The notes: generated by a model not told the origin, from the sequence alone. DNA of 64,000 nt from a virus (IMGVR_UViG_3300036770_005754:112559-176558); one strand, 5' to 3'; shown: positions 29,088 through 39,101, counted from the stretch's first letter. Numbers and translations: made by a program.

Positions 29088-29249
29088 TTACCTCTTATCA
29101 AGGTGATTTGCAGGGCGAATCTTGCGGTTAGTAACCGCCCGGGGTCTCAACGGTATGACCTGTCTGAGAACTATCGCAGAGGGCCTAGGGCCCTGACTCG
29201 ATCGTTCGACTCTGATAGATGCAGAATTACCACACGAATTACAAGCCAT
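29088..29249 (-). CDS. Small basic Cys-motif protein (53 aa), below the ORF-track cutoff
   Basis: GGAGG RBS; MACNSCGNSASIRVERSSQGPRPSAIVLRQVIPLRPRAVTNRKIRPANHLDKR. Confidence 0.7.
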   Translation of the reverse strand: MACNSCGNSASIRVERSSQGPRPSAIVLRQVIPLRPRAVTNRKIRPANHLDKR

Positions 29250-29262
29250 AAACGCCTCCAAT

Positions 29263-29973
29263 TTAATTTTGGACGAATATGGTTCGATGGTCTACCTCAC
29301 TCGCGAAATCCTTCCACCTACACATTATGCAAGGCTCCAGATTTAGTGCTTTAATAACTGGCCTCTTATTAGAGGCGGATATATTGTGCTCGACAGCACC
29401 AATCCATTTATACGCATCATATTTAATGTGTTGGAACCAACAACCACCGATATTTTCAGAGCCGGATTTCGGTCTCAATATTCCAAGCTCGAAGCACGCA
29501 GAGGGAACAGCGACCCAGTCACGACTTGGGTGTGGTTTGAAAAATAACAGTGGCCATCTTTTTTCACCGATCTTGTCAGTCAATATCTGTGCGTCATAAT
29601 TGACTTGATGCCACCACTCAGTAAATTTCGCTTTGTGTGGGTTTGCAAATAGGCCATCTAAGCTGAAGTTCTCGCCCTTTTTAGATTCTATGGCGAAAAT
29701 GACTTTTCCAGTTACTGGGATTATGTCGGCGACACCCTCGACGACAGCAACGTCATCGCCTCTACCTTCAATTCTACGCCTCCTGAACTCGACGCCGGAC
29801 CATTCCGTTAGTAAGCTTTTACAACGCCTTTCGTGATTTTTCGCGGTTGCTACGTTGCGTTTGCCCACCTTTGAAAAGGTCTCTTTTCTCTGTTTAATAA
29901 TCTTTTCTACCAACTGCTCTTTAGTTAGTAACGATAACTCTTGTCTAGTCTTTTCTGCCCAATTCTCGGTCAT
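29263..29973 (-). CDS. Holliday junction resolvase-like PD-(D/E)XK nuclease
   Basis: K.HER...L, ADI, IESK, WW.Q, PLL.FK. Confidence 0.7.
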   Translation of the reverse strand: MTENWAEKTRQELSLLTKEQLVEKIIKQRKETFSKVGKRNVATAKNHERRCKSLLTEWSGVEFRRRRIEGRGDDVAVVEGVADIIPVTGKVIFAIESKKGENFSLDGLFANPHKAKFTEWWHQVNYDAQILTDKIGEKRWPLLFFKPHPSRDWVAVPSACFELGILRPKSGSENIGGCWFQHIKYDAYKWIGAVEHNISASNKRPVIKALNLEPCIMCRWKDFASEVDHRTIFVQN

Positions 29974-30737
29974 GTGTTCTTCTCATTAAATAACCATTGA
30001 ACAAATCCTGTTCTAGCTTTGCCGTTACTTGGAGTTACGCTATGGTATGCTGGGCTCTTTTTAAAATCACATAGAAATACCCTATTATAGGTTGGGACTA
30101 TTTGATCCACCAAAACCAAATCATGCCTCGCGTTGTCTGGAAAACCGCCGCCGGGCGTTCTAGTGGATATTCTCTTAGGTGTTCCATTATAGACTAAACA
30201 ATCTAGTCTTCCATTTGGGTTATCTATTTGCGGTGAAGAAGACGAAAGCTCTTCATCGACTCGCCATAATTGAAGCAAACCACCATCGCGGGCCTTCCAG
30301 CCCTTATTAAAGTACGATATTATCACCATGTCTCTTAATACTGAGTCAGTGTGGATCCAAAAACCATCGGCATTCGGCCTGTGGTATCTCAATTTTATCT
30401 CTGTTCCGGCCGGCGATCGTAAAGGAGTGCCAGTCAGATATGCGCAATACCTATGCCATTCGTGATCAAAGAACAAATCAGCACCAAAATCATCCCTTTG
30501 GGCGAATTTAACAGCTCCATCGTAGGGTAGAACTTTACCATCTCTGACCCTGTCTTGTTCAACACTGAAACTCAGATTATGGTGTGCTTTTATTAATTCA
30601 TTCAATTTGTTCTCATTAAAGAAATTATCTAGGACAGCGTATTTTATGATCGGTTTGGCCTCTATGGATTCTTTGATATCGCGAACAGTTCTGTCTGCCA
30701 AGTATATTGGATTAATCCATTCGTCTATTGCAGCCAT
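29970..30737 (-). CDS. 2OG-Fe(II) oxygenase (prolyl-hydroxylase-like)
   Basis: LDNF, HTD, Y.N..W...DGG.LQLW, P.YNR, YHSV, R....W. Confidence 0.85.
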   Translation of the reverse strand: MAAIDEWINPIYLADRTVRDIKESIEAKPIIKYAVLDNFFNENKLNELIKAHHNLSFSVEQDRVRDGKVLPYDGAVKFAQRDDFGADLFFDHEWHRYCAYLTGTPLRSPAGTEIKLRYHRPNADGFWIHTDSVLRDMVIISYFNKGWKARDGGLLQLWRVDEELSSSSPQIDNPNGRLDCLVYNGTPKRISTRTPGGGFPDNARHDLVLVDQIVPTYNRVFLCDFKKSPAYHSVTPSNGKARTGFVQWLFNEKNT

Positions 30738-31422
30738 CGAATTTCACCGCATCTTTCCAATTTGTAATATGAGTATCGACTTTGTCGCCAGCTGGTTTTT
30801 TACCGGTCATATAATCGAAATCTTTCACATATTCTTTTCTTGATCTCTTAACTTGCCATTCGTTAAAACCATCTGGATATCCATCATACAATTCACCATG
30901 GGCATGGCCAGCTGAGCCATGATATAGAAACATGTGAGCTATTGGTTGACCCATTTGGATTGTGAATTCACCGGGCTGATTTAGCATGTATACCAGGCCA
31001 AAGTTACCGACATTCCACCATGCTTCTATCACAGCTTCCATACATGAATACTGTAAACCTCTGAGATTTGGGATGCCTTTGATGTATACGAAATCGCCTG
31101 GGTCATCAGTAACTGGTACGAACTTCGCTTGAACTGTAAAACTACCAAACGCAGCATGATTGTCTACTTCGTAGTGCGATGAGCGTTTGATATGTTCAAT
31201 TTCTGCTCTACTATTGGTGTCACCGTTCCAGGTTACTTTAAATGTGCCGGGTGATAATATATAAAAGCCTAAGCTGTTTGCCATCGACAATGGCAGACAA
31301 TGCCTAGCGTGATTGTGGGTGGCATAATTATCCTCCCACCATTCTCGATGCCGAACGGCTGGTACTGGAACTAAATCTTTATCGAAATCGTTATGTAGAA
31401 ATACTTTAATTCGATTGCCCAT
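30712..31422 (-). CDS. DUF6065-like protein
   Basis: R.WW....HA.HCLPL.MAN..G..I..P....V.WNG; GQPI. Confidence 0.7.
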   Translation of the reverse strand: MGNRIKVFLHNDFDKDLVPVPAVRHREWWEDNYATHNHARHCLPLSMANSLGFYILSPGTFKVTWNGDTNSRAEIEHIKRSSHYEVDNHAAFGSFTVQAKFVPVTDDPGDFVYIKGIPNLRGLQYSCMEAVIEAWWNVGNFGLVYMLNQPGEFTIQMGQPIAHMFLYHGSAGHAHGELYDGYPDGFNEWQVKRSRKEYVKDFDYMTGKKPAGDKVDTHITNWKDAVKFDGCNRRMD

Positions 31423-31700
31423 TATTGAAATCCGCCGCTCGCTGTCCTGAGATATGTTATGATTGTCGTCTGGTCCATGTACTGTAGTACGTAATTGCTT
31501 GCGGCTTCCGCTTCTATATAGGCTTTAACAGGTGGATTATTGGCTGTATTCGGAATTGCTGCATCCACCAAGACTCTGTGTTCCATCGAGGTGGATAGGT
31601 GTTGTCTTAATGTAATATTCGGATCATCTTTTTTAATTATGTTCCCAAGATGATCTACGTTAAGGACTGCGACTCTTGCGATGTGAACGCCTATGGCCAT
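31422..31700 (-). CDS. Hypothetical protein
   Basis: 92 aa, AGGAG RBS. Confidence 0.7.
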   Translation of the reverse strand: MAIGVHIARVAVLNVDHLGNIIKKDDPNITLRQHLSTSMEHRVLVDAAIPNTANNPPVKAYIEAEAASNYVLQYMDQTTIITYLRTASGGFQ

Positions 31701-31712
31701 AATATTCTCCTA

Positions 31713-32465
31713 TTAACAGATTAAGTGATCGAATTTCAAACGCCGAAGTTCAGCTACGAGCTTGTGATAATTAGTTACTCTGTCTCTCATGGAGTCTGGG
31801 TTTTGCTTTTGAAGCTTCGTTGCGACAGTATATGTTGTACCAGTCAGCCATGGTAATATTGCCTCTACTGCTGTTATATCGTTTTTGAACTTTTCATATG
31901 TTATTCTCTTCCTGTCTAAGTCTTTTGATCGTTCCATCAAGTATCTTCGTTCATCTCTGATTCTTTTGAGGTTTTCGCGTAGCGTATCGATTGGTACGTG
32001 CACTTTAGCGGTCTTCGGCACTGAGTCCCATACTGCACATTGTCTCGTCTTCTGCACTATCAGATCTGATATATACTGCATCGCGATATTGTCTCTGAAC
32101 ACTAGCAGAACTTTGACCCCGTTGTCCTTGAGATATTCCCAAAAGTTTTCTTCTTCGTTTAAACCGATTATTTGATGGGCCATTATTTTGAATCCTGCGG
32201 CAACGTTTGCGACTTTATTGGTGCTGTTCCATGCTGCTGGTAGTGGCTTTGCGTTGAATAATGCGTCTAGTACTGATATTATATTATTTTGAATCAGGTG
32301 TTCTGGTACTAACCCACGTGATCCGCTTATTGGTTGCATGTGGTGGTTGTGAGTGGACGGGTTTATCGGCTCCACCATACATCTAACGCCTTTGCCACTG
32401 GCTATGAGAGATGATATCAGTGTTGAACCAGTGCGTGGTTGTGATAATATTACGAATTTGTTCAT
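31713..32465 (-). CDS. Sulfotransferase (Stf0-like)
   Basis: FVILSQPRTGSTL, GFKIM, R.N...QY.S, ITYE, V.NY. Confidence 0.85.
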   Translation of the reverse strand: MNKFVILSQPRTGSTLISSLIASGKGVRCMVEPINPSTHNHHMQPISGSRGLVPEHLIQNNIISVLDALFNAKPLPAAWNSTNKVANVAAGFKIMAHQIIGLNEEENFWEYLKDNGVKVLLVFRDNIAMQYISDLIVQKTRQCAVWDSVPKTAKVHVPIDTLRENLKRIRDERRYLMERSKDLDRKRITYEKFKNDITAVEAILPWLTGTTYTVATKLQKQNPDSMRDRVTNYHKLVAELRRLKFDHLIC

Positions 32466-33295
32466 TTTAGATGCTCGAACGGTGGTATTAGATCGTTATA
32501 TTCTTGCATTAGTCCGTTAACTTTATGTTTTAGTATAAGCTCTCTTATATCTTTTGTGGAGAATGTCGTGCTGCTAGATAATCTCTTATGAATATACATC
32601 CTGTTCTGCAACAATTTAGGACACAATGACAGATCTATGAGTAATAGATTTCTATGAAATATGTCTGAGCCATTATTATCTAGAAATTCTTTGAGAGCAA
32701 CATGACTTTCTAATAATACTTGGCTCTTTTTGGGCCCTATACCATTGTATCCGTCGATCATGTCTGATCTGTCGCCTATTATTGCTTTTTGGACTGCCGG
32801 GTTGATCTTTGGGACTTCGACGGTTATCTTCTTACCTGGGTCGTATTGTTTCGATGATGAGAAGTAGAATGGTATCTGGATCATGTCGCTGTCTGATGAA
32901 ATTATTATCGATTCTTGTGGGTGTATCGCTGATGTTGCGGCGTATATTAAGTCGTCTGCTTCCATCTCTTTTTTCAAATATTGCCTTACGTTCATATATG
33001 TGAAGAACTCTTGCGCCACGTCTGTCAATGATTTTAGTTCTTCAGATATGTCAGATTGCTGGTTTAGCGGCCTGTTTTTATAAGTTTTAAGTATTTTGCG
33101 ACGCCATACGGTATTTCGGGGGGCGTCCCAAAATATGTGTATTGAAGATGGGTTAAATAAGTTCATCCATCTTGTCAGCTGTCTTAACAATATAGTGAAG
33201 CAATGATATTTTGATTCACTCCTATCAGATTTCATTGCCCATATTGATCGGTATATTGCGTTTCTGGCATCGATGAGTAAGTGGGTGCCGGACAT
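32462..33295 (-). CDS. 5'-3' exonuclease / flap endonuclease (T4 RNase H-like)
   Basis: LIDA.N..YR, WR......YK.R, EADD, SSD.D..Q, GD.SD.I.G..GIG.K. Confidence 0.92.
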   Translation of the reverse strand: MSGTHLLIDARNAIYRSIWAMKSDRSESKYHCFTILLRQLTRWMNLFNPSSIHIFWDAPRNTVWRRKILKTYKNRPLNQQSDISEELKSLTDVAQEFFTYMNVRQYLKKEMEADDLIYAATSAIHPQESIIISSDSDMIQIPFYFSSSKQYDPGKKITVEVPKINPAVQKAIIGDRSDMIDGYNGIGPKKSQVLLESHVALKEFLDNNGSDIFHRNLLLIDLSLCPKLLQNRMYIHKRLSSSTTFSTKDIRELILKHKVNGLMQEYNDLIPPFEHLK

Positions 33296-33305
33296 TTTTT
33301 GCCTT

Positions 33306-33336
33306 ATAAAGAAACGGGGCCTAAATAGGCCCCGTT
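33306..33336 (-). terminator. Intrinsic terminator after the SSB gene
   Basis: AACGGGGCCTA/TAGGCCCCGTT stem followed by TCTTTAT on the minus strand. Confidence 0.75.
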
Positions 33337-33361
33337 CGTGGTTTATAGTTCGTTATTATGT

Positions 33362-34471
33362 TCAGTCATCCAGTTGGCTGAGGAGTTCGTTGATGTTATC
33401 ATCATCGTCGTCGTCAACCACAGGCTTTGTGACTGTTTTCGATGGTTTTTCTGTGGTTCTAGCGGGCTTGGTTTCGCCATCATCGAGGGGCATTTCGTCG
33501 TCAAGTACGCTAGAACGCTTCGACGGTTTTTCCTCTCTTACGGTTTCTTGCTGACGATTCTTCAATCGCTGAGCTGCGTTTGGCTTAAGCTGCTCATCAT
33601 CGTCATCATCGTAATTCCTCGCTTGCGGTTTCTTATCTGGCTTCTTGGTCTCGTCTTTGTCGAAGCCACCGTCACTATCGTCGTCACCATCAACGACCGC
33701 ACTATAAATCTTGTCGATCTCTTTGAGGTCCGGGGTTCGCACCTTATCCCAAAGATTATGTCTAGACCATAATAACTTGGCGATCTTTGCTTCGTCTGGA
33801 TCGCCGTCTTCATTTCTAATCATCGGGACCGGGGTACCATTATTGGTGATGAACTTACTAGTCTTGTAGCTGTTTTGTTTGCCAGCTTTCAAAACTTGGA
33901 GTTCATAAACAAATGCGGCATTTTCATCGAAGAAAATTCCATGGACTTGTGGGTCCTCCGGATCTCCAGCGTCGTCTCTCATTAGAGCCGCGGTCCATTG
34001 GTCTATTAGCGTTTTCGAGGCGTTGTAGAATTTAACTGTCCCTCGGAGTGCTTCTGGATTTCCTTGCCAGTTTGTAAAGTAGATGTTAACCATATGGTAT
34101 GTGGTTGGCATCCATTCTTTTACAATCTTGCGGCGCTTCTCTTCGTCTTTATTGCCCTCTTCTTTCAACAGATCGAATCCAAAGTTGCATAGTTTGCACT
34201 TAGACCCATCCCAGACACGCGGGCAAGCGTGTGGCTGGTCTTTGATCCAGTGGTTGGCATGAGGTATGAAAAAGTTTTCCATACCTCTATTGACGACACC
34301 GGATTTTAGATTGTCACCCTTGTACAGCGGTGGTAGAATGAAGAACCTATACTTAATCGGTTCTTTGTCACTCTGCGCTTTTTCTGGTTTAAATTCGTCT
34401 GGGTCGCTATGCTTGCCAGACATCGTTTGCTTCAGTTTTTGGCGAATTGCGGCTACATCGTACTTGGACAT
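33362..34471 (-). CDS. Single-stranded DNA-binding protein (gp32-like)
   Basis: RF.ILP, H...CP......C..C, Y..S.F, acidic C-terminal tail. Confidence 0.8.
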   Translation of the reverse strand: MSKYDVAAIRQKLKQTMSGKHSDPDEFKPEKAQSDKEPIKYRFFILPPLYKGDNLKSGVVNRGMENFFIPHANHWIKDQPHACPRVWDGSKCKLCNFGFDLLKEEGNKDEEKRRKIVKEWMPTTYHMVNIYFTNWQGNPEALRGTVKFYNASKTLIDQWTAALMRDDAGDPEDPQVHGIFFDENAAFVYELQVLKAGKQNSYKTSKFITNNGTPVPMIRNEDGDPDEAKIAKLLWSRHNLWDKVRTPDLKEIDKIYSAVVDGDDDSDGGFDKDETKKPDKKPQARNYDDDDDEQLKPNAAQRLKNRQQETVREEKPSKRSSVLDDEMPLDDGETKPARTTEKPSKTVTKPVVDDDDDDNINELLSQLDD

Positions 34472-34497
34472 GTTTTCCCCAGTGTTAACATCAAAAA

Positions 34498-35034
34498 TTA
34501 GTTGGTTTTGTCAAATTCGGCTTTTTTGAGGCCCATCAAAGATCTGCATATTTCATGCTTCATTTCGACGGCCCTGAGCATGTGCCAGATCTTGCCAGCG
34601 ACCATTTGTGCTTTGGCTAGCCGAAGATCTGCGTCCGTCAGGTTTTTGTCTTGCTCTACTATCACTTTAAGTTGCTCTACGCTTATCTTGACGCCATTAT
34701 CAGATGCCTCCTTCTGGACGAATTGTGTTGCTTTACCACGACGGACTTTCAAATTTCGTTCAGCAACGGCGACAGCTAAACGCAATTCTGAATAGACCGA
34801 AGACCAAAACATATATTGTGCAGGAATGTCCTGCATCTGCTCTTCAAGAACTTCCATCTCGATTTCTAAATCATTTAGAACATCTACAGTAATCTTCTTC
34901 TTTTTAGTCGGGTCTTCAGGATCTGCGACCTGGAGTGTAACATCGAATCTGAATAAGGACGAAGAAGTCAATTCTTCTGGGACATTGTGCTCTATCCACT
35001 TTGGAAGGGATCGATAGTCTTCTTCATTATTCAT
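34498..35034 (-). CDS. Recombination mediator UvsY-like protein
   Basis: Coiled-coil with P..Y.FW; adjacent to the SSB gene. Confidence 0.6.
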   Translation of the reverse strand: MNNEEDYRSLPKWIEHNVPEELTSSSLFRFDVTLQVADPEDPTKKKKITVDVLNDLEIEMEVLEEQMQDIPAQYMFWSSVYSELRLAVAVAERNLKVRRGKATQFVQKEASDNGVKISVEQLKVIVEQDKNLTDADLRLAKAQMVAGKIWHMLRAVEMKHEICRSLMGLKKAEFDKTN

Positions 35035-35318
35035 TATTCGACCACTCTCTCAGGTTTCCATGCATCTCGATTGAAAATGGTAGTAGTCGACCCAACTGTT
35101 GCAACTGGCCTAGCTTTATTTAATACATCTTTTGATTTCTCCGATATAGTATCATCAACGAACCTATTGAAACCGGAGCTATCAGAATTCGCGTAGCCAG
35201 CATTATCACTAGTCTGAATGTGTTGGCGGCGCTTCTTGTGAAGCCTCTTCTTTGCTTTGACGGAAGCCTTCTTCCTGATCTTCTGTCTGATTTTTTCTTG
35301 CTGTTGTTTCTTTGACAT
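35034..35318 (-). CDS. Small basic hypothetical protein
   Basis: Alternative start codon; overlaps the polymerase 3' end by 110 nt. Confidence 0.5.
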   Translation of the reverse strand: MSKKQQQEKIRQKIRKKASVKAKKRLHKKRRQHIQTSDNAGYANSDSSGFNRFVDDTISEKSKDVLNKARPVATVGSTTTIFNRDAWKPERVVE

Positions 35319-36522
35319 TCACAAAGCCCTTTTCTCTATATATCCTATAAAGTTTCCATTTCTTCCATCTCTTACCAATACTGACCTGCAATGGGAAAGC
35401 AGGGTTATAATCCAAAACGCCGGAAAACGGGTGAAGCATTATCGGTGCTATTATCTCAATAATAGCTTTCACATCATCAGGCGAACACGAGACAACCAAA
35501 CAGTCATGTATCTCGGTAATCAACTTGTTTGGGACTCTGTCCCAAATCCTTCTCAGTACTAATTGCATTGCGTGTGCTACAGAACCCTGCATTATACCAT
35601 TTAGAACAGCCAACTCATTTTTAGCCTGTGACAATCTGAAACTGCGATTAAGTATCGTCTTTAAAGGTTTCCCTTCGCTGGCTATCCCCTTGCACCTATG
35701 AATCCATTTACCTAATCGCTTGTATACGCCAGACAAGGCAACACTATTGAAATCCATTGAGTTTATGGACTTCAATAAATACTTTTTACATTCTTCTCGG
35801 TCGATGACCTCATCTGATTTGTTGCTGCTATTCAACTCATTCATTAACTTTGTGTATGGGTCGGAATCTTCGAATGCTTGTTGTAATTCTAAATCCTGAG
35901 ATATTATTGATGCTACACGAATATCAGCACATATCCAGTCGAAGTGGATCATTACATCATGTTCTTGCCCGCCTTGTGGCGTCACATGATAATCCTCAGA
36001 AAGACCTTGTATATTGAACCCTACCGACTTACTTCTACCGGAAAATGTTTTCTGTGACCATTTAGGTTGGACGGGATGATGATTTATCAGCAGGCCGATA
36101 TCTTCAAGATCTTGGTAAACGACAGCGGCTTGTGCGAATATTTTCTGATATTCTTGGATTTCCACTGTGCTTAATTTTTCTAAAATTCTGCGAATTTTAG
36201 AATGATCCGCTTCTGGATCGACCGACGGTTTAAGGTCGCCAAGGTGCATGTCATATACATTCCATTCTCTATGGTCTCTTGGCAAATTATATGCTAATAT
36301 GTGCGATTTGAAATCGGATGTAATAATTTTCCGTCTTTTCGAGTTCGCCTTTATTATTATGTCTCTTATTGCTTTTTTAGTAGTATCAATTTTTTTAATG
36401 GTTTTACCAGCACCTGGCCTGTATAAATCACACACTCTAATAATATCGCCATCTTTAATCCCAGTACAACGGGGCCGCCCAGTTTTATTATCGAATATTG
36501 TGTAAATGCATAGACTGCTCAT
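35209..36522 (-). CDS. Short, divergent family A DNA polymerase-like protein
   Basis: T.SGR, motif A FDWICADIRVA, DPY, motif B REECKK, N..MQGSVA, motif C EIHDCLVV. Confidence 0.8.
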   Translation of the reverse strand: MSSLCIYTIFDNKTGRPRCTGIKDGDIIRVCDLYRPGAGKTIKKIDTTKKAIRDIIIKANSKRRKIITSDFKSHILAYNLPRDHREWNVYDMHLGDLKPSVDPEADHSKIRRILEKLSTVEIQEYQKIFAQAAVVYQDLEDIGLLINHHPVQPKWSQKTFSGRSKSVGFNIQGLSEDYHVTPQGGQEHDVMIHFDWICADIRVASIISQDLELQQAFEDSDPYTKLMNELNSSNKSDEVIDREECKKYLLKSINSMDFNSVALSGVYKRLGKWIHRCKGIASEGKPLKTILNRSFRLSQAKNELAVLNGIMQGSVAHAMQLVLRRIWDRVPNKLITEIHDCLVVSCSPDDVKAIIEIIAPIMLHPFSGVLDYNPAFPLQVSIGKRWKKWKLYRIYREKGFVNVKETTARKNQTEDQEEGFRQSKEEASQEAPPTHSD

Positions 36523-36623
36523 CGTCTAATTCAATACATGAAGATAATTTGTCTCGGAACGGACATAAAAATGTAGTAAGTATGAGAACTACAAAATTAC
36601 ATATATTCAACATGGAAAAGTTT

Positions 36624-37103
36624 CTAATGTGAAGTAGCTTTCTTTACAGCATCTTCCATAACTTTGTTAGATGTAAAATACTTGGTCTTAGGATTATGCC
36701 TACCTTCGCTCTTCAATTTTTTATCAAGATAATCGACCTCACCAGGCACTCTGTACTTCGCATATGGATCATTGTTAGCTAAAGTATGGCGGTGCATATC
36801 ACGTTTGACACCAGCACGATCCAACCAGCCGTACCCCCTGACCCAACCGTGAGTTTGAGAACCATACATTGTCTTAGTACAGTCATGGCTACCGCACCTT
36901 GGGCATTCTGTAGCACGATGCAGTTCTTCTTTGGTCGGATTAACGGAATGAGTCGTCTCAAATAATACGAGAGACTCATATAAATCCTTCGGCAAATACT
37001 GATCGCCCTGTGGGTCGACTCGCAAATCAGAAACATGTTTTTTATGTGCTTCTGATTTACAAGTGTTACATTCGTAGTTATAGTTCGCCATTATACACCA
37101 CAT
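36624..37103 (-). CDS. FmdB-like zinc-ribbon protein
   Basis: Y.YEC..C...CP.CGS; probable start MANY. Confidence 0.7.
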   Translation of the reverse strand: MWCIMANYNYECNTCKSEAHKKHVSDLRVDPQGDQYLPKDLYESLVLFETTHSVNPTKEELHRATECPRCGSHDCTKTMYGSQTHGWVRGYGWLDRAGVKRDMHRHTLANNDPYAKYRVPGEVDYLDKKLKSEGRHNPKTKYFTSNKVMEDAVKKATSH

Positions 37104-37540
37104 ATTTCAAATTGAATTTTATTTGGCAGTTTGCACAAGATATTTCGTTCTGATAAAATGACCACCTTTTTATCAGCGTATGAGCCGCTATTCGCGTGAA
37201 TAGTCGCGACGATGTTTTTCGCACCAAACATCACATAATCGCCAACATTAACGCATGGTTTTAAGCGGCCACCAGCTCCATCTGCAACCCCTGGTCCAAC
37301 GCCTACTACTAGACCTTCATTTCGATACCTCTCTTCTGAATCACTGAGTGCTAAGAATGTTTCTAGTTCGGATTGTAGGACCGCCACGAAATCATTGGTG
37401 CACTCAACAGGTCGAATCTGTAATATCGGTTTATCAGACGCCGCTGGTGGAGCCGCCGACTTTACTGCTGCGGCTCGTGTTTGTTCTTCTCTTCCAGCAT
37501 TTTCTGATTGCAGCAGGACGCTAGTCTTCGGAATTGTCAT
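37091..37540 (-). CDS. groES: Co-chaperonin GroES-like
   Basis: G.VV.VGPG....G...P.V.VGD.V.F....ILSE..IL. Confidence 0.85.
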   Translation of the reverse strand: MTIPKTSVLLQSENAGREEQTRAAAVKSAAPPAASDKPILQIRPVECTNDFVAVLQSELETFLALSDSEERYRNEGLVVGVGPGVADGAGGRLKPCVNVGDYVMFGAKNIVATIHANSGSYADKKVVILSERNILCKLPNKIQFEICGV

Positions 37541-37557
37541 TTCTATCTCAATCCTAA

Positions 37558-37761
37558 TTAATCGACCTTATGTGATTCTGGTTTTTCCAAGTTATCCAGA
37601 TCTATATACGAAACAGATGTCTTTCTCTTAGGTATGGCCGGCGAGTTTCCGACCTTGACTTGCATGGCAGAGCCATCTGGACACACAGAGAAGCCACTTC
37701 TACGCATCGTGTCTGCGATTGTTTGTGAGACTTCGACATCTATCATCACTCTGAATTTCAT
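37558..37761 (-). CDS. Hypothetical protein
   Basis: 67 aa, overlaps the helicase stop. Confidence 0.6.
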   Translation of the reverse strand: MKFRVMIDVEVSQTIADTMRRSGFSVCPDGSAMQVKVGNSPAIPKRKTSVSYIDLDNLEKPESHKVD

Positions 37762-39101
37762 AATAATTCCCTCACTTGCATTTTGTTATATTCAATTTCA
37801 CATTCGATTTGTTCGTGCTTTGGACCGTTGCGATTTTTGGCTATGAAGAATCTAATTCTAGGGTGGGGTGTTGCTTTTCGATCACTGTCACTCTGGTTAA
37901 GGCTAACCACATAGTCTAACGAGAATTGTTTAGCAAAGCTCTCGGCGACCTTATTAAGATCAGCCAACTCATCGCCCATGGCACCGCTTCGGTTTGTCTG
38001 AGTAGCAGTGAACACTAACACATTTTCATTTTTGGCTAGACCCCTGATTTCATTAGCGACATGCTTTTGTCTGTCGTAATCTTTCTTGTTATACTCGGCT
38101 ACTCTACTAACCATCAGGTCCATATAATCCAATATTATAACGTCTGGTTTCCAGCCTTTTGTTCTCTTTAGAGTATCAAGCAATGCATAGATATGATTGA
38201 CACTGCATTCGTCCGGGGGCCACTCATAAATAGCGAATTTTTTCTTATAAGTCCTCTCCATAGTCCTTATCGACCTACGAATATATTCCTGTTTCTCGAC
38301 AATGTCATCTAATGGAACGCCTGTTGCAGCACCTAGGCATCGCATCGCTGTCTTAATACTATCAAGCTCAAAAGTGATCAGTAGGACGTCTTGCCCAATC
38401 TCGCCACCATTTGTTTCACCGCGTAACGAAGATATAGCATTATTGCACAACAATATGCTCTTACCCACATTCGTGCCAGCTAACCAGCAGACTACCTCTT
38501 TCTTAGAAGGCCCGCCATTATTAAGGAATCTGTCTAACTTTGGGAAGCCCGTAGTACGGTGGTCAATAACATCTGGTTGGAACAATATTTCCAGATTCTC
38601 AAAAAACCAGAAGCCACCTTCTGACACGTCAGCTATTCTATTCGCATTGTTTACTAACTCTTCGAGATATGTGTAATCACCATTTCTGTAAGCATCTATG
38701 GCCTCGTCGCTATACAATAATCCGTATTGTCTGTCTCTGGCCCATTTTAAAAGCGTGTCTTTAATTAATGGTATTTCACGAGGGTTAGATTTCCTCCTGA
38801 CTAATCTTATGACCTCCTCATGCGGGTCATCTTCTGTTAGCTTCGACGTAATCCTGTCATATAATATGTCTCTTGTAGGAATGACCTTAAATTCTTCGAA
38901 CATATTTAGAATCTCAGCTATAACCCATTGAGATTCTAATCGTCGAAACATCGTCGGTTTGATAAACCCACAGACCGCAGTGAAGAACTGTGGGTGATCT
39001 AAAGATAGCGATATTATCGCTTCTTCCTCAAAAGCCCCGAACGGATGTTTAATTGGGTCTTTGTTATCTTCTTCGCTCAACTTATCGAGAGTATTAGGCA
39101 T
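37758..39101 (-). CDS. Replicative DnaB/gp41-like helicase
   Basis: TGF..LD, Walker A AGTNVGKS, IILDYMDLM, TATQTNR, KNRNG. Confidence 0.93.
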   Translation of the reverse strand: MPNTLDKLSEEDNKDPIKHPFGAFEEEAIISLSLDHPQFFTAVCGFIKPTMFRRLESQWVIAEILNMFEEFKVIPTRDILYDRITSKLTEDDPHEEVIRLVRRKSNPREIPLIKDTLLKWARDRQYGLLYSDEAIDAYRNGDYTYLEELVNNANRIADVSEGGFWFFENLEILFQPDVIDHRTTGFPKLDRFLNNGGPSKKEVVCWLAGTNVGKSILLCNNAISSLRGETNGGEIGQDVLLITFELDSIKTAMRCLGAATGVPLDDIVEKQEYIRRSIRTMERTYKKKFAIYEWPPDECSVNHIYALLDTLKRTKGWKPDVIILDYMDLMVSRVAEYNKKDYDRQKHVANEIRGLAKNENVLVFTATQTNRSGAMGDELADLNKVAESFAKQFSLDYVVSLNQSDSDRKATPHPRIRFFIAKNRNGPKHEQIECEIEYNKMQVRELL

